Shown: piece after piece, positions 32,294 to 42,749 of the stretch
Layout: every line of letters starts with the position of its first letter
How positions within the stretch are numbered: position 1 is the stretch's first letter
Source: an uncultured Gammaproteobacteria bacterium
GTDB taxonomy: Bacteria > Pseudomonadota > Gammaproteobacteria > GCA-001735895
Reading direction: 5' to 3'
DNA length: 64,000 bases
Assembly: GCA_963793595.1 (NCBI GenBank)
Contig: CAWCBX010000072.1
Span: forward strand, 13,769 to 77,768
Notes under the pieces: generated by a model
Seen by the model: only the letters and a program-made list of their open reading frames with translations
Told to the model about the DNA's origin: nothing
The model's database searches: none
Made by a program: the position numbers and the translations under genes

Positions 32294-35170
32294 GTGCTGA
32301 GTTGGATAAAGAAAACCGCGTTTTGGGTACTTGGCGTGGCCGCCGTCTGTATCGCCTTGGGATGGCTCGTTCTGGTGGCCCCGTTCTTCGCAGATTTCCG
32401 GCGAACGTTTGTGCAGGATTTGCTGTCTCAGCAGATTGGCCAACCCTTGATCATCGAAACAGATGTGAGAGTTTTTGTTGCCCCGACCACCCACGTCACG
32501 GTCAGCGACGTTGCCATTCCCAGTGAGACGATCGATGGGCTGAACCTGGCAGAGCTGAACCTGTTGGAATTTGACCTCGACCTAATCTCGGTGATCAGGG
32601 GAAGAGGGCCCGGCATTGACAACATCAAGATCAACGGACTGGCCGTCAACATGATTACCCGCAGCGATGGCGTCAGGAGCTGGAGCCAATCGGCGCAGCC
32701 ATCGCCTGCGTCGGACGAACCGGCTCCGTTGACGGTTGACGAACAGTACGGGATCATTGCGTTTCTCAGCAACAAAACGGTGGATGTGAGTTCGGTGACC
32801 TGGAGAACCGAACACAATACAACGGGGTTTGAGTTTCTTTATGCGCTCGAAACGGCTCAGCTTGAACAGCTGGAAGGTGGTGCCGCCGTGGCTTTGTTCA
32901 GTCGCGGGACAGTCAACGATCAACCGATTGAAATTGAGGGATACTACCCCGAAGGTGCCCCGTTCACGACATCCGTAAGCCTTGGCGACATTCAGCTGAC
33001 ATTCGATGGCAACAGGCTTCCCGAGGATGCCGGCGGCGGGATTGCCGGCGATCTGACCCTCGACACAGGAGAGATTGGAGACATTCTGGAGGTCTTGAAG
33101 CTCAAACGATCATTGGAAGGATCAGCCCGACTGACAGCCCGGCTGGTGCGCCAGGGAACCGGATTGGCAGTCGAGGACTTTCGGACTGTCGCAGATTTTC
33201 CAAATGGACCGGCCGTCACCGTCGAGGGATCAGCTGAAGATCTTTTCAGGGCGCTGGATTTCGATGTGAGGATCAATGCTCAATTCTTCCCCGAAGGTCG
33301 GCTGCCCAGAAGAGCCACAGAACTCAGTGAACTGGAGTTGGTAAGCGTGGACACCTATGTGGTCAGCGAAGGGGAAAAAATCGAAGTCAAAGAGATTTTG
33401 CTGAAAACCAATCTATTCGAAGCGGGTCTCAACGAGATTGGTCCGATTTCCATCGGACGTGTCTTGCGGACAGAAAATGGTACGCTTGCCATGGAAGACA
33501 TCGAGGTGCAGACCGGACCAAAGGGTTCACCTTACCTCATAGCGACCGGTCACATCGAAGATTTGCTGGAACTGAAGGACCTGGATTTCACGGGCAGGCT
33601 GAACGCTCCGGCCAATCTGGTGATGCCCGAGTTCCGAAACGATATCGTTCAGGCTTTTGGAGGGATCGTGGCCGAGTTCGGGATATCGGACGAGAGTGGT
33701 CAACTGAGCCTGAAAAAGCTGGAGGCCCGTTCGGAGAACACAGATCTGTGGACAATGCGGGCGAATGCGTCGGCCCGCAGTTTCACGAGTGTGGATGATG
33801 TCGATTTCGAACTCGATCTGGATGTGCCGGACGGTGGTGCTTTCCTTGAGGCGCTGGATCTCGAGAAAGTGGACATCGGGCCGGTTGGCTTTTTCGCGTC
33901 GGCTGTGGGCAAAGACAAAGCGGTGGAAACACGCTTTTCGCTGAACGCTGGCGAGTCCAACATTGATACGGATCTTAACACAGCGGTGGACAAGGACGGG
34001 CGGCCGACCGTTCGCGGGCGAATTCACAGCAAGTTGCTGAACATGAACGACCTGGACAAAACGGGCGAGGCAGTTGTTCAACTGATGTCGCTTGACAACA
34101 AAAATGCGGATGCCGCTTCCGCGCAAGACGGATCCGCAAACGGAAAGCCGGGGCGAGAGGTACAGCCGCTTGTGCTGGAGGGCGGTGAAGATACGACAGA
34201 GCCGGAGTTGCCAAAGAAAGCTGAAGATGGACGCACCGTCCAACCCTTGGTGTTGGAACAACCGGCAGCCGACTTAGCAAAAAAAAATGCCGTCTCGGAA
34301 AATGGCGGCCGGACCGTTCAGCCGTTGGTTCTGAAGGATCAACCGGCAGATGGCAGTCCGCTCGACTTGTTGAATCCCGCCAAAGTCGGACGTGATCTCG
34401 ACCTTGAGATTGGCATTGAGGTTGAAAAGATCGTTGGTCAGGCGGGGGTGTCGAAGATCTCGAGCAAGCTGATGTCCAAGAATGGCAAAGCCGACTTGGG
34501 GCCTTTGGAGTTCAACTACGGCGGTGGCTATTTCAGAATTGGAGCAGCGGTAGATTTCATTGAGGCCCCGCAGCTGGCGCATGTCTTTGGTGCGACGAGC
34601 GGCTGGGACTTTGGCGAAATTCTCGAAGAAGTCGGGGCGGGCATCAAGGCCTATGGCAAGTTGCGTGCGGATTTCGACCTGACGGGCAACCATAGCTCTG
34701 CCCGCAGTTTCGTCGACTCGATGTATGGCTCGGTTACGGTTTCGATGGTGAATGGCAAAATCGCGAGCAGCTTGCTGGAACTGGCGGGCTTGGGTCTCTT
34801 CCCATGGCTGTTTTCCAAGGAGCGGCAACAGGGTTACACGGATATCGTCTGCTTTGTCGCGCCCTTGCGTATCAACTCTGGAAAAGTAACTTCGAATGCG
34901 ATCGTGGTCGAAACGAAAAGCGTCCAACTGGTGGCCGCAGGCTCAGTTGACTGGCGCAAAGACCAGATCGCGATCCGTGCGGAACCCAGACCAGTGGGCC
35001 GTCCGCTGGCTCGGACGGCCTGGCCTTTCGAGGTGAAGGGGCGACTTTCGAACCCGGATTTCAAAATCGGGGGCAGATCAAGGCAGAAATCCGAAAGCAC
35101 CGCACCTAAGCCCGCTCAGACCCCTGGAACCCGCAAACCTTGTAAACCGGATATTTTGCAGACGCAGTAG
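32294..35170 (+). CDS. AsmA-family protein
   Basis: 958 aa, N-terminal TM, AsmA-like beta repeats, C-terminal SMYGSVTVSMVNGKI...TDIVCFVAPLRINSG...LVAAGSVDW; intact. Confidence 0.8.
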   Translation: MLSWIKKTAFWVLGVAAVCIALGWLVLVAPFFADFRRTFVQDLLSQQIGQPLIIETDVRVFVAPTTHVTVSDVAIPSETIDGLNLAELNLLEFDLDLISVIRGRGPGIDNIKINGLAVNMITRSDGVRSWSQSAQPSPASDEPAPLTVDEQYGIIAFLSNKTVDVSSVTWRTEHNTTGFEFLYALETAQLEQLEGGAAVALFSRGTVNDQPIEIEGYYPEGAPFTTSVSLGDIQLTFDGNRLPEDAGGGIAGDLTLDTGEIGDILEVLKLKRSLEGSARLTARLVRQGTGLAVEDFRTVADFPNGPAVTVEGSAEDLFRALDFDVRINAQFFPEGRLPRRATELSELELVSVDTYVVSEGEKIEVKEILLKTNLFEAGLNEIGPISIGRVLRTENGTLAMEDIEVQTGPKGSPYLIATGHIEDLLELKDLDFTGRLNAPANLVMPEFRNDIVQAFGGIVAEFGISDESGQLSLKKLEARSENTDLWTMRANASARSFTSVDDVDFELDLDVPDGGAFLEALDLEKVDIGPVGFFASAVGKDKAVETRFSLNAGESNIDTDLNTAVDKDGRPTVRGRIHSKLLNMNDLDKTGEAVVQLMSLDNKNADAASAQDGSANGKPGREVQPLVLEGGEDTTEPELPKKAEDGRTVQPLVLEQPAADLAKKNAVSENGGRTVQPLVLKDQPADGSPLDLLNPAKVGRDLDLEIGIEVEKIVGQAGVSKISSKLMSKNGKADLGPLEFNYGGGYFRIGAAVDFIEAPQLAHVFGATSGWDFGEILEEVGAGIKAYGKLRADFDLTGNHSSARSFVDSMYGSVTVSMVNGKIASSLLELAGLGLFPWLFSKERQQGYTDIVCFVAPLRINSGKVTSNAIVVETKSVQLVAAGSVDWRKDQIAIRAEPRPVGRPLARTAWPFEVKGRLSNPDFKIGGRSRQKSESTAPKPAQTPGTRKPCKPDILQTQ
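34151..34336 (+). repeat. Three in-frame GR(E/T)VQPLVL motifs spaced 78 bp apart inside AsmA
   Basis: Motifs begin at 34151, 34229 and 34307; codons differ between copies. Confidence 0.85.
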
Positions 35171-35199
35171 CGGTGGGCCTTTGCGCTGTGGGTTTCAAA

Positions 35200-35712
35200 C
35201 TATCTCGACTGTTCCGCGTCGCAGTTCCGAACGGCATTGATGGCTTTCAGTGTACCGGTGAGCTTGAAGTTGAGAGCATTGCCTTTGTCGCCCTTGATCG
35301 ACACCTCGTTCCTTTTCCCAAATTCCTTGATGAATTCCGGATTGTTGAAGAAGGCGTAGCCGCCGGGAAGATCAGACTTGATCACACCCACATAATCGCC
35401 GCCAAAAAGCGACGGGCCGAAATCGAACTGAACCGTTCCGGCTGCCCCGTCTTCGATGTTCGTCCAGGCAGCATTGTAAGCGGCAAAGAAACCGCCGTTC
35501 CGATCCGGAACAATACCAACCTGCACGAGTGTGCCATCGTCCAGCGTGTCTTCCATGTAGCAGCCGTTCCCGACAGACGGGTCGATCATGATTACCCAGT
35601 TGCCGGACTCGCCCCACTTCGTATGCGGGGCATCGGCTTGTTCGGTCTGGGCGTTTGCTGTCCACGCGCAAGCTGAAACCAGCCCCGCAACACAGATAAT
35701 TCTTCGCAACAT
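35200..35712 (-). CDS. Secreted hypothetical protein (roseobacter-type)
   Basis: Signal peptide MLRRIICVAGLVSACAWTANA; WGESGNWVIMIDPSVGNGCYM...LTGTLKAINAVRNC; two Cys in the mature part. The longer ORF call to 36327 is probably over-extended. Confidence 0.7.
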   Translation of the reverse strand: MLRRIICVAGLVSACAWTANAQTEQADAPHTKWGESGNWVIMIDPSVGNGCYMEDTLDDGTLVQVGIVPDRNGGFFAAYNAAWTNIEDGAAGTVQFDFGPSLFGGDYVGVIKSDLPGGYAFFNNPEFIKEFGKRNEVSIKGDKGNALNFKLTGTLKAINAVRNCDAEQSR

Positions 35713-36063
35713 GGCACACTCTCCAGATCCAAAACACACAGACCAACCTGCAACACTAACTTCGATTCGGCCAAGAAAATCGGGACTGGGCGGCGAGGGC
35801 GGTATAGTTTCAATTATTTTCAGTTGCCCGCATTGGGGCCCCTGGCAAGCGAGCGCGGCGCGAAAAGGTAGCTTCAAACAACAAATCTGAAGGCAGATCG
35901 ACGGCTGCCGGGTAATTGCCGTTGCGGCCCACATGCGATCCATTGGCGGTCCATCGCGGACTTGCCCCTTGTGCTCTTTCAGACGGCTGCCCATCCTGTT
36001 GAACCAGAGAGCTCTGCTTTGCAGGATAACTTTTTCAGAATGGACAAACGGAGGCGTCGCGAA

Positions 36064-36528
36064 ATGTTGCAATTGGAGATCCACAACATGGCCGGGCACC
36101 TCATCCGGCGTCTCAACCAGATCTCCACCTCGGTCTTTCAGGATCGGATGAAGGCGCACGGGGCCGATCTGACGCCTGTCCAGTTTGCCGCGCTGAACGC
36201 GATCGCCGCCAATCCGGGTATCGACCAGGCAAGCCTTGCCGGACTTATCGCGTATGATCGGGCAACCATAGGTGGCGTGGTGGACCGGCTCGAAGCAAAG
36301 GGGCTCGTGTCTCGCGTCGTAAGCCAACGAGACCGGCGCGCCCGCGAAATTTCCCTTACCCCTGTCGGGGTGCGCACGCTGGACAAACTGGTGGGGGTGG
36401 TTCGCGATTTTCAGGACGACATCCTGGTCGGCCTCGATCCTGATGAACGGAAACTGTTTCTCGAACTTGCCAGAAAAGTCGCTACTGCTGGAAACAGTCT
36501 TAGCCGCGCTCCCTTGGTGATGCGCTGA
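36064..36528 (+). CDS. MarR-family transcriptional regulator
   Basis: GHLIRRLNQ, LTPVQFAAL, DRATIGGVVDRLEAKGLV, DRRAR; GGAGG RBS before ATG 36064. Confidence 0.92.
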   Translation: MLQLEIHNMAGHLIRRLNQISTSVFQDRMKAHGADLTPVQFAALNAIAANPGIDQASLAGLIAYDRATIGGVVDRLEAKGLVSRVVSQRDRRAREISLTPVGVRTLDKLVGVVRDFQDDILVGLDPDERKLFLELARKVATAGNSLSRAPLVMR

Positions 36529-36636
36529 ACCCAGGATGCATGGTGCCGACCTCCTCCTGTTTTGGAGCGGCTAATGTTCCAAGAACTCTGTCGTCTGCTC
36601 AGATCGAACGCGGCAAAGAAACGACAAGGCGCGTGC

Positions 36637-37245
36637 TCATTTTGTCTCGCCGCCTATGAGAAAACCGCCCACTGCCAGAGCAACCACGGCCAGCATCGAC
36701 AGGCTCATGAAGATGTTGATTGCTCTGTGCCGGCGCTCGGGCAGGTCGAGTTGGTGCAGGCGCATTCCGGCCCATAGCCACAGGAAATGGATTGGAATCC
36801 AGATCGCATTCATGATTGCGAACTTCAGTGCCGTTTCGGTTGCCAGATGCTGCGGTAGAAATGAAAAACCTGCAAACAAAGTCGTGTTGACCGCATAGGC
36901 CTTGGGATTGATCAACTGCAGGGCGATGCCGTTCAACGTGCCCGGTGCCTTGCGCGCTTCGATGAATGCAATTCGGCTGCCGGAAAGAGCGATCCTGAGC
37001 GCGAGATAGAGAAGGTAGGCCGTCGACAGGACAAAGAGAAGGCTTCGGATCCGGTGATCGGCGAGAATGACCGCCGCGATCCCGGTAACGACGGCCAAAG
37101 CAACCAGGTTCGTCCCGATGAAAAGGCCCAGCACGTAACGCGTTCCGGCCCGTCCGCCAAAAGCTGATCCGACACCGGCGGTCGATAACACGCCCGGCCC
37201 CGGCGTGATGATCAGAAAGAACACCGCAGCGGCAAAGGTCAGCAT
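36637..37245 (-). CDS. LysE/RhtB-family exporter
   Basis: ITPGPGVL, YLLYLALRI, QLINPKAY motifs. Confidence 0.9.
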   Translation of the reverse strand: MLTFAAAVFFLIITPGPGVLSTAGVGSAFGGRAGTRYVLGLFIGTNLVALAVVTGIAAVILADHRIRSLLFVLSTAYLLYLALRIALSGSRIAFIEARKAPGTLNGIALQLINPKAYAVNTTLFAGFSFLPQHLATETALKFAIMNAIWIPIHFLWLWAGMRLHQLDLPERRHRAINIFMSLSMLAVVALAVGGFLIGGETK

Positions 37246-37297
37246 GGCGTACCGTCGGGCGCAATGGCGTGTCTTGCGGTTGCGCGTCGATCCGAAT

Positions 37298-38212
37298 TCA
37301 TCTGTTCTCCTCGTGGCGCGGCATGATGGCGCCTTTGGTGCAGACGACTTGCCGGGCCAGCTGGTGACCCCAGCTCAGGCAGTCGCTTTCGGATAACCCC
37401 GTCAACCGCGCCGCCAGATAGGCACCATTGAAACTGTCGCCGGCGGCGGTGCTGTCAACCACGCGCTCCGCCGGTTCGAATGGGCCGGCTTGGGTTTCGT
37501 CCAGTGCCAGCGGGCCCAGCCCCCCGCGTTTCAGTGCACCGGAAGTCACACCGAACCCGCGCAGACGGGCGATTACGGCGTCTGCATCAGCGTCACCGAA
37601 CAGCGCGATTTCATCATCGAGACTTGGGCAGGCGATGTCGGTGTTTCGCCATGCATCTGAAATAGCCTTGCGGGCCGTTTCTGCATTCGGCCACAGGGCA
37701 GGACGGTAATTCGAGTCGAATGCCACCCGACCACCCTTGGCCCGATAAAGGGGCAGCCATTCAAGGAACGCTTGGCGATCGGCGATCGGCAGGATCGCTA
37801 GTGTAATCGCTGAAAAATAGATCAGATCGGAGGCCTCGAGGTTCGCCAGCGACACCGATGGAGCTACGAACATCTCTCGCGCGGCCGAAGCGTTGCGCCA
37901 GTAGATGAACGACCGCTCGCCGGTGTCATCGGTCGAAATGGCGTAGAGACCCGGGACGCTTTTTTCGCTGTAGGTCAACAAGCCCGTGGACAGACCTTCG
38001 GATTTCATGAACTCAACAATTTCATCTGACAACCGATCACGACCGAGTTTCGTTGCGTATCCCACATCGAAACCTGGGGCGGTTCGTTTGAGATAGATTG
38101 CGGTGTTCAGCGTATCTCCTGCAAACCCAACGCGGGCCGCACCGGGCAGACGATCTCCCAGTGAAACCTCGACCATGACTTCCCCGAGGCAGACGATCCG
38201 GGGGTGGCTCAT
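37298..38212 (-). CDS. kdgK: PfkB-family sugar kinase, 2-keto-3-deoxygluconate kinase-like
   Basis: CLGEVMVE, GFAGDTLNTAIYL, GERSFIYWRNASAAR, FDSNYRPALW, DSTAAGDSFNG. Confidence 0.82.
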   Translation of the reverse strand: MSHPRIVCLGEVMVEVSLGDRLPGAARVGFAGDTLNTAIYLKRTAPGFDVGYATKLGRDRLSDEIVEFMKSEGLSTGLLTYSEKSVPGLYAISTDDTGERSFIYWRNASAAREMFVAPSVSLANLEASDLIYFSAITLAILPIADRQAFLEWLPLYRAKGGRVAFDSNYRPALWPNAETARKAISDAWRNTDIACPSLDDEIALFGDADADAVIARLRGFGVTSGALKRGGLGPLALDETQAGPFEPAERVVDSTAAGDSFNGAYLAARLTGLSESDCLSWGHQLARQVVCTKGAIMPRHEENR

Positions 38213-39105
38213 CGCAGTCTCCGCAGGTTTTCGCGCCACCAGATCAGCAGGCCGGACAGCATGATGATCAGGGCGCCGATTACGGTGAAGAGGTCCGGCA
38301 CATCTCCGAAGACGAGGTAGCCGGTGATGGCAAGATAGACGATGAAGGAATATGCATAGGGCATCAGGGCATTCGCCTCTGCAAATCCGTGGGCACGGAC
38401 AAACAGTTCGTGACCCAGCCAGCCCCAGAACCCGAGGCCGAGAAACAGAAACCAGTCAAGATATGAGGCCGGAGGCTGCCAGACCCAAATGGCTGCCGGC
38501 AGCAAGACCGCAGCGCCCAAGGCCCCGGTGTAGAACTGCATCGTCTCCGACGGAATGACACCGGAAAGTTTCCGCGTGATAATCGAAAAGTTTGCCATCG
38601 CGACCGCGTTGTAGACGCTCAAGAGCGCAAACCATGTGAAGTTGGCGCCGAAGGGCCGGATCACGATCAGGACACCTGAAAATCCCAACAGAATTGCAAA
38701 CCAGCGCCAGGGACCTACTCGCTCTCCGAGCAAGGGGACCGACAAGGCCGATACTATGATGGGCGAGGAGAACATGATCGCCGAGGTCATCGTCAAGGAT
38801 AGGTAATTGAGTGCAATGAAGTTCGAAACCGTGGAGGATACCAGTAGGGCAGAGCGCAACAGCAATAGCCCGCGATGCGACCGGGGCGGACGAAAATTTT
38901 CGAGACCCGTTCGCGACAGGAGTGCACCTGATAAGAGAAAATGTACGAAGTACCGCATGAAGGATAACTGGAGCGCCGGAAGACCGGCGATCACCAGCCA
39001 TTTGACCGAGGTGTCGACGACCGAAAAACACAGCCAGGCCAGCAACATCATAGCGATACCAAGGCTGGCGCGATCTTCGCGCGGTCTTGCGGCGAGTTCG
39101 GTCAC
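38209..39105 (-). CDS. DMT/EamA-family transporter
   Basis: About 10 TM helices, LGERVGPWRW, LVFGDVP; stop overlaps the kdgK start (ATGA). Confidence 0.9.
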   Translation of the reverse strand: MTELAARPREDRASLGIAMMLLAWLCFSVVDTSVKWLVIAGLPALQLSFMRYFVHFLLSGALLSRTGLENFRPPRSHRGLLLLRSALLVSSTVSNFIALNYLSLTMTSAIMFSSPIIVSALSVPLLGERVGPWRWFAILLGFSGVLIVIRPFGANFTWFALLSVYNAVAMANFSIITRKLSGVIPSETMQFYTGALGAAVLLPAAIWVWQPPASYLDWFLFLGLGFWGWLGHELFVRAHGFAEANALMPYAYSFIVYLAITGYLVFGDVPDLFTVIGALIIMLSGLLIWWRENLRRLR

Positions 39106-39117
39106 AATTTGCTACGT

Positions 39118-40005
39118 TCAGTGCCGGAAGCGCCGAGAGTAGAAATCCACCATCTGCGGCACAAGGTCATCGCCGTTCCCTTCCTCGATTGCCGCCGCCA
39201 TCGCAGTCCGGGCGCATTTCGACATGATGAAGTCGGCCCCCAGAGAGTCGGCCATCTGTCCGTAATAACCGACGTCCTTGGCTGCATTACGCACTGAAAA
39301 GGCCAGAACTTCGGGATCGCCGTCGATTGCGTAGCTCTTGATGAAATCCATCATGCCGGATTTCAGTGGGCCGGCGGACATCACGTCATAGAGATCCTGC
39401 CGCGGAACTCCGGCCAGATCCGCCATCGCGAAGGCTTCGCTCATCGCATTCGCCGTCGTCATCGCAAAGAAATTGTTGATAAGCTTGATGGTGTGGCCAG
39501 ACCCCAGAGGACCGAGATGGAAGACGTTTTCTCCCAGGTCGTCGAGCACCGGGCGGACCCGGTCGAACGTCGCCTTGTCTCCCGCGCACATGATGTTCAG
39601 CAGCCCGTCTTTTGCGTGCATCGGCGTCCGCCCGAGCGGTGCATCCAGCATGACGCCCCCGGCGTCGGCAACTTCGGCACCCAAAGCTTTGGTCGATGCG
39701 GGCAGGGACGTTCCAAAATCGATGACAATACTCCCGGGGCGCAGTCCGCGGATCACCCCGTCCGGCCCGCGCATGCGGGATTCCACCGATTTCGAGGTAT
39801 CCATGCAAAGCATCACGATATCCGAAGCTGCGGCGAGTTCCTTTGCCTTTTTGGCTTCTATCGCTCCGCGCGCCACCGCCGCGTCGATACGCGGCCGGGT
39901 GACGTTGCCCATCACGGTCACGTCATAACCCAAGTCGAGAAGCCGGTTGACCATGGCCGCCCCCATCAGACCCAGCCCGATAAACCCGATTTTTGGTTTT
40001 TGCAT
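39118..40005 (-). CDS. NAD(P)-dependent beta-hydroxyacid dehydrogenase (HIBADH/GarR family)
   Basis: IGFIGLGLMG, DAPLGRTP, GHTIKLINN, KDVGY. Confidence 0.88.
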   Translation of the reverse strand: MQKPKIGFIGLGLMGAAMVNRLLDLGYDVTVMGNVTRPRIDAAVARGAIEAKKAKELAAASDIVMLCMDTSKSVESRMRGPDGVIRGLRPGSIVIDFGTSLPASTKALGAEVADAGGVMLDAPLGRTPMHAKDGLLNIMCAGDKATFDRVRPVLDDLGENVFHLGPLGSGHTIKLINNFFAMTTANAMSEAFAMADLAGVPRQDLYDVMSAGPLKSGMMDFIKSYAIDGDPEVLAFSVRNAAKDVGYYGQMADSLGADFIMSKCARTAMAAAIEEGNGDDLVPQMVDFYSRRFRH

Positions 40006-40017
40006 AGTACCTTCTCC

Positions 40018-40917
40018 TTACTTGCTGTCGAACGCGCGGTTCCGAAGTCCGCGCTGGATTTCGTAGATCGATCCGACCGTGTCGGGCGGGGGTAATGGCA
40101 CTCGAACCGGCACCGACACCAGCCGGGGGTGCAGGGTCGGTGCTCCGCAGAGCATGCGGGAATCGTAGTCTTCGATGCTGTCGAACCGGGTCATCGACCC
40201 CATGATCGGGAAGGCGTCCGCTGCCATGATTTCATAAAACAGCAGCCGTCGGTCCCGGTGCGAGGTGTTAAGCGCCGAGCCATGCACGATGCGGGCATGG
40301 TGGATCGAGATCGACCCGGCCGGTCCCGTCAAGGGGACAGCGTCGTCTGGATTCAAACCTGATGCGGCGAGGTCCATCGCGCCGACAAAGACGCCATTGC
40401 TGCGATGATCGAAAATGGGACCTTTGTGGGTGCCCGGAAAGACCAGGAGCGGGCCGTTTTCCTCGCGCATGTCGTCGAGGATCACCGCGACGGCGAGGAC
40501 ATCGTCATTGGTGTGGGGATAAAAGGCGAAGTCCTGATGCCATTCGACTGCTGCGCCGAAACCAGCTGATTTCATGTTGAGCTTGGTCGTATGCAGTCGC
40601 AGGTCGGGGCCGATCAGGTCGCGCGCCGGGCCGAGGACAAGATCGGAATACATCAGGTCCCGAGCGACATCGCTAATCAGGTGCGGCAGCTTGATGCGGC
40701 GCAGACGGGGCGCGTCCGGGCGGTGGCTGTCTTCAAGATCGATCCGATCGTTGGAGCGGGTCATGCTGCGTGCCTCGTCTTCGAAGCGCGCAATTTCGGT
40801 ATGTAGTGCCGTGATGATCCGGTCCGGAATGCGGTTTTCCAAAATCAGATAACCATTGGCCTTGTAGAATGCGATCTGGTCGGGTGTGAGAACGTGGGCG
40901 TCTGGCATGCCAATCAC
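40018..40917 (-). CDS. Phytanoyl-CoA dioxygenase (PhyH) family Fe(II)/2OG dioxygenase no. 1
   Basis: FYKANGYLIL, WHQDF (HxD), HARIVHGSALN (distal His), DRR (2OG-binding Arg); start at 40917 or 40908. Confidence 0.88.
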   Translation of the reverse strand: MIGMPDAHVLTPDQIAFYKANGYLILENRIPDRIITALHTEIARFEDEARSMTRSNDRIDLEDSHRPDAPRLRRIKLPHLISDVARDLMYSDLVLGPARDLIGPDLRLHTTKLNMKSAGFGAAVEWHQDFAFYPHTNDDVLAVAVILDDMREENGPLLVFPGTHKGPIFDHRSNGVFVGAMDLAASGLNPDDAVPLTGPAGSISIHHARIVHGSALNTSHRDRRLLFYEIMAADAFPIMGSMTRFDSIEDYDSRMLCGAPTLHPRLVSVPVRVPLPPPDTVGSIYEIQRGLRNRAFDSK

Positions 40918-41750
40918 TCCGCCGGTCGAAGCGCGCGCAGCGCAGTAAGGACGCGTGAGCGATCCGGCGATATTCCAGTGTAGGACCGAAACGACGACAG
41001 GGACATATGGCAGAAGAGGTCAAACCCGGTCATCACCGAAAGACCGCGATTGGCTGCGTCTTTCAAGAACGCCGTGTCGGTTGGGGTATAGACCGCGTCA
41101 AAGGCCCATTTCTGTTGGCCAATGAGATCCGGATCAAAGGCGGAACCGGGCATATGCGGCGTGCCCATCGGCGTGCAGTTCACCAAACCGTCGGCGGTTG
41201 CTATGACCGCCGCGCACTGATCCGGATCCACTGCTCGCGCGACCGGGCCGGCCCGCTCCGCCAATTCATGTGCCAGCTCCGCTTCGGAATCCCAGATCAC
41301 GATCTCTGTTGCGCCAAGCCGAACCAGGGCAGGTACGATGGCGCGTGCAACCCCTCCCGCACCAGCCATTGCGACACGGCCGGGTCTGCGGTCCCCAAAG
41401 ACGTCGTTCCAGGCATCGAGAAACCCAACGAAATCTGTATTGTGCGCGGCCAGCCGCGGCCGGAAGATCAGGGTATTGCAGGCGCCCAGTGCCTGGACCT
41501 CAGGCCCGGAAAAGGGCGCTGAATATACTGCAGCAGACTGTTTGAAGGGGTGGGTCACGCTCACGCCGTTCCAATCTGCGGAGCGGCAGGTCTCGACACA
41601 TTCCTGGAAGTCGAAGTTGGGCCGCTCGGCACTGTCGATCAGGTCGAAGTCCAGCGTCATATTCTGCGCCTCGCACAACAGCGCCAGTGCGGCCGAAAAG
41701 CGCGAGTGCGCGATGTGATCGCCAATCAGCCCGGCCCGGATTACCGTCAT
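40914..41750 (-). CDS. Shikimate/quinate dehydrogenase-like oxidoreductase
   Basis: IAHSRF, SVTHPFK (Lys), ACNT, HNTD (Asp), GAGGVARA, VNCTPMG, DAVYTP. Confidence 0.82.
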   Translation of the reverse strand: MTVIRAGLIGDHIAHSRFSAALALLCEAQNMTLDFDLIDSAERPNFDFQECVETCRSADWNGVSVTHPFKQSAAVYSAPFSGPEVQALGACNTLIFRPRLAAHNTDFVGFLDAWNDVFGDRRPGRVAMAGAGGVARAIVPALVRLGATEIVIWDSEAELAHELAERAGPVARAVDPDQCAAVIATADGLVNCTPMGTPHMPGSAFDPDLIGQQKWAFDAVYTPTDTAFLKDAANRGLSVMTGFDLFCHMSLSSFRSYTGISPDRSRVLTALRALRPAE

Positions 41751-42749
41751 CGCTGCACGCCTTCGGGCCACGTTTCGGATTCGATCCACAGCGTCGCGGC
41801 CAGCGTCTCACGTGCATCACGGGCGTCCACCACTGGTGTCGCCCGATGGGCGATCACGTCGGCAAAATGGTTAAGCTGGAGGACGAGTGGAATGCCATCC
41901 TCCACCTCGGTTTCAGACAATATGGGACGGTCGGTCCAGGTGTGCGCGCCGCTCCAGACCCTAAGCGACGGAAACTCGATGCTGCCTTCGGTGCAGGCGA
42001 TCCGCAGACTGTCCTGCCCGGACATCGGTATCGTCGGATTTTCGCCGGTTCCGGCCTCGAACCCCCAGGGGCTGGGGGTGGTATCTGCAAAAGCAATCGT
42101 CACAATTACCCCGCTGTCAAATCCCAGCACCGCTCCGCCGCTCTCGGTGCGCGCTGCGCCGCGAATGAAATCGGTCCCGAAACCTTTGACGTGAACGACC
42201 TCGCCAAAGCAGTGGCGCAAAGTGTCCACGTCGTGAATGAGGTTTTGCTTGACCGGTGCGCCATCCGCGCCCGCACGCCAGTCAACGTCGAAGTAACTGT
42301 CGGGCTTTCGCATGGCCCAGATAAGCGAGCCGAGAACCGGTTGCCCCAAGCGCCCGGAACTCAGAATTTCTTTCAGTTTCCGAATCCGGGGGTGATGCCG
42401 CCGATGGTGTCCGACCAGAAATCTTGATTCCGGCCGCGTCGGCGGCCTTGATCATCCCGTCGGCAGCCTCGAGGCTCTCGGCCACCGGTTTTTCCACCAT
42501 CACGTGCCAGCCCCGTCTGGCGGCTTCGGCCACCAACGGGGCGTGTGTTGCGGTTGGTGTAGCAATGACGATGCCGTCCGCTTCGACATTCACCTCTTCT
42601 ATGGATGCAAAGCCCGGCACATCGGCCAGGTCGCGGTTCTGGGTCACCGGATCGATGATCCCGGCCAACTCCAGATCCGGCAACTCGAGAATATGGCGCA
42701 GATGCCGGTGTCCGATCAGCCCGGTGCCGGCCAGCAGCAACCGTGTCAC
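41747..42749 (-). CDS. Gfo/Idh/MocA oxidoreductase (one frameshift near 42420)
   Basis: GTGLIGHRH, IATPTATH, VEKP, then VGHHRRH...NLIHDVDTLR in the other frame. Confidence 0.88.

Noticed and set aside
35713-36327. N-terminal extension of the 375-aa ORF 35200-36327
   Set aside because: Overlaps marR antisense; a signal peptide starts at 35712.
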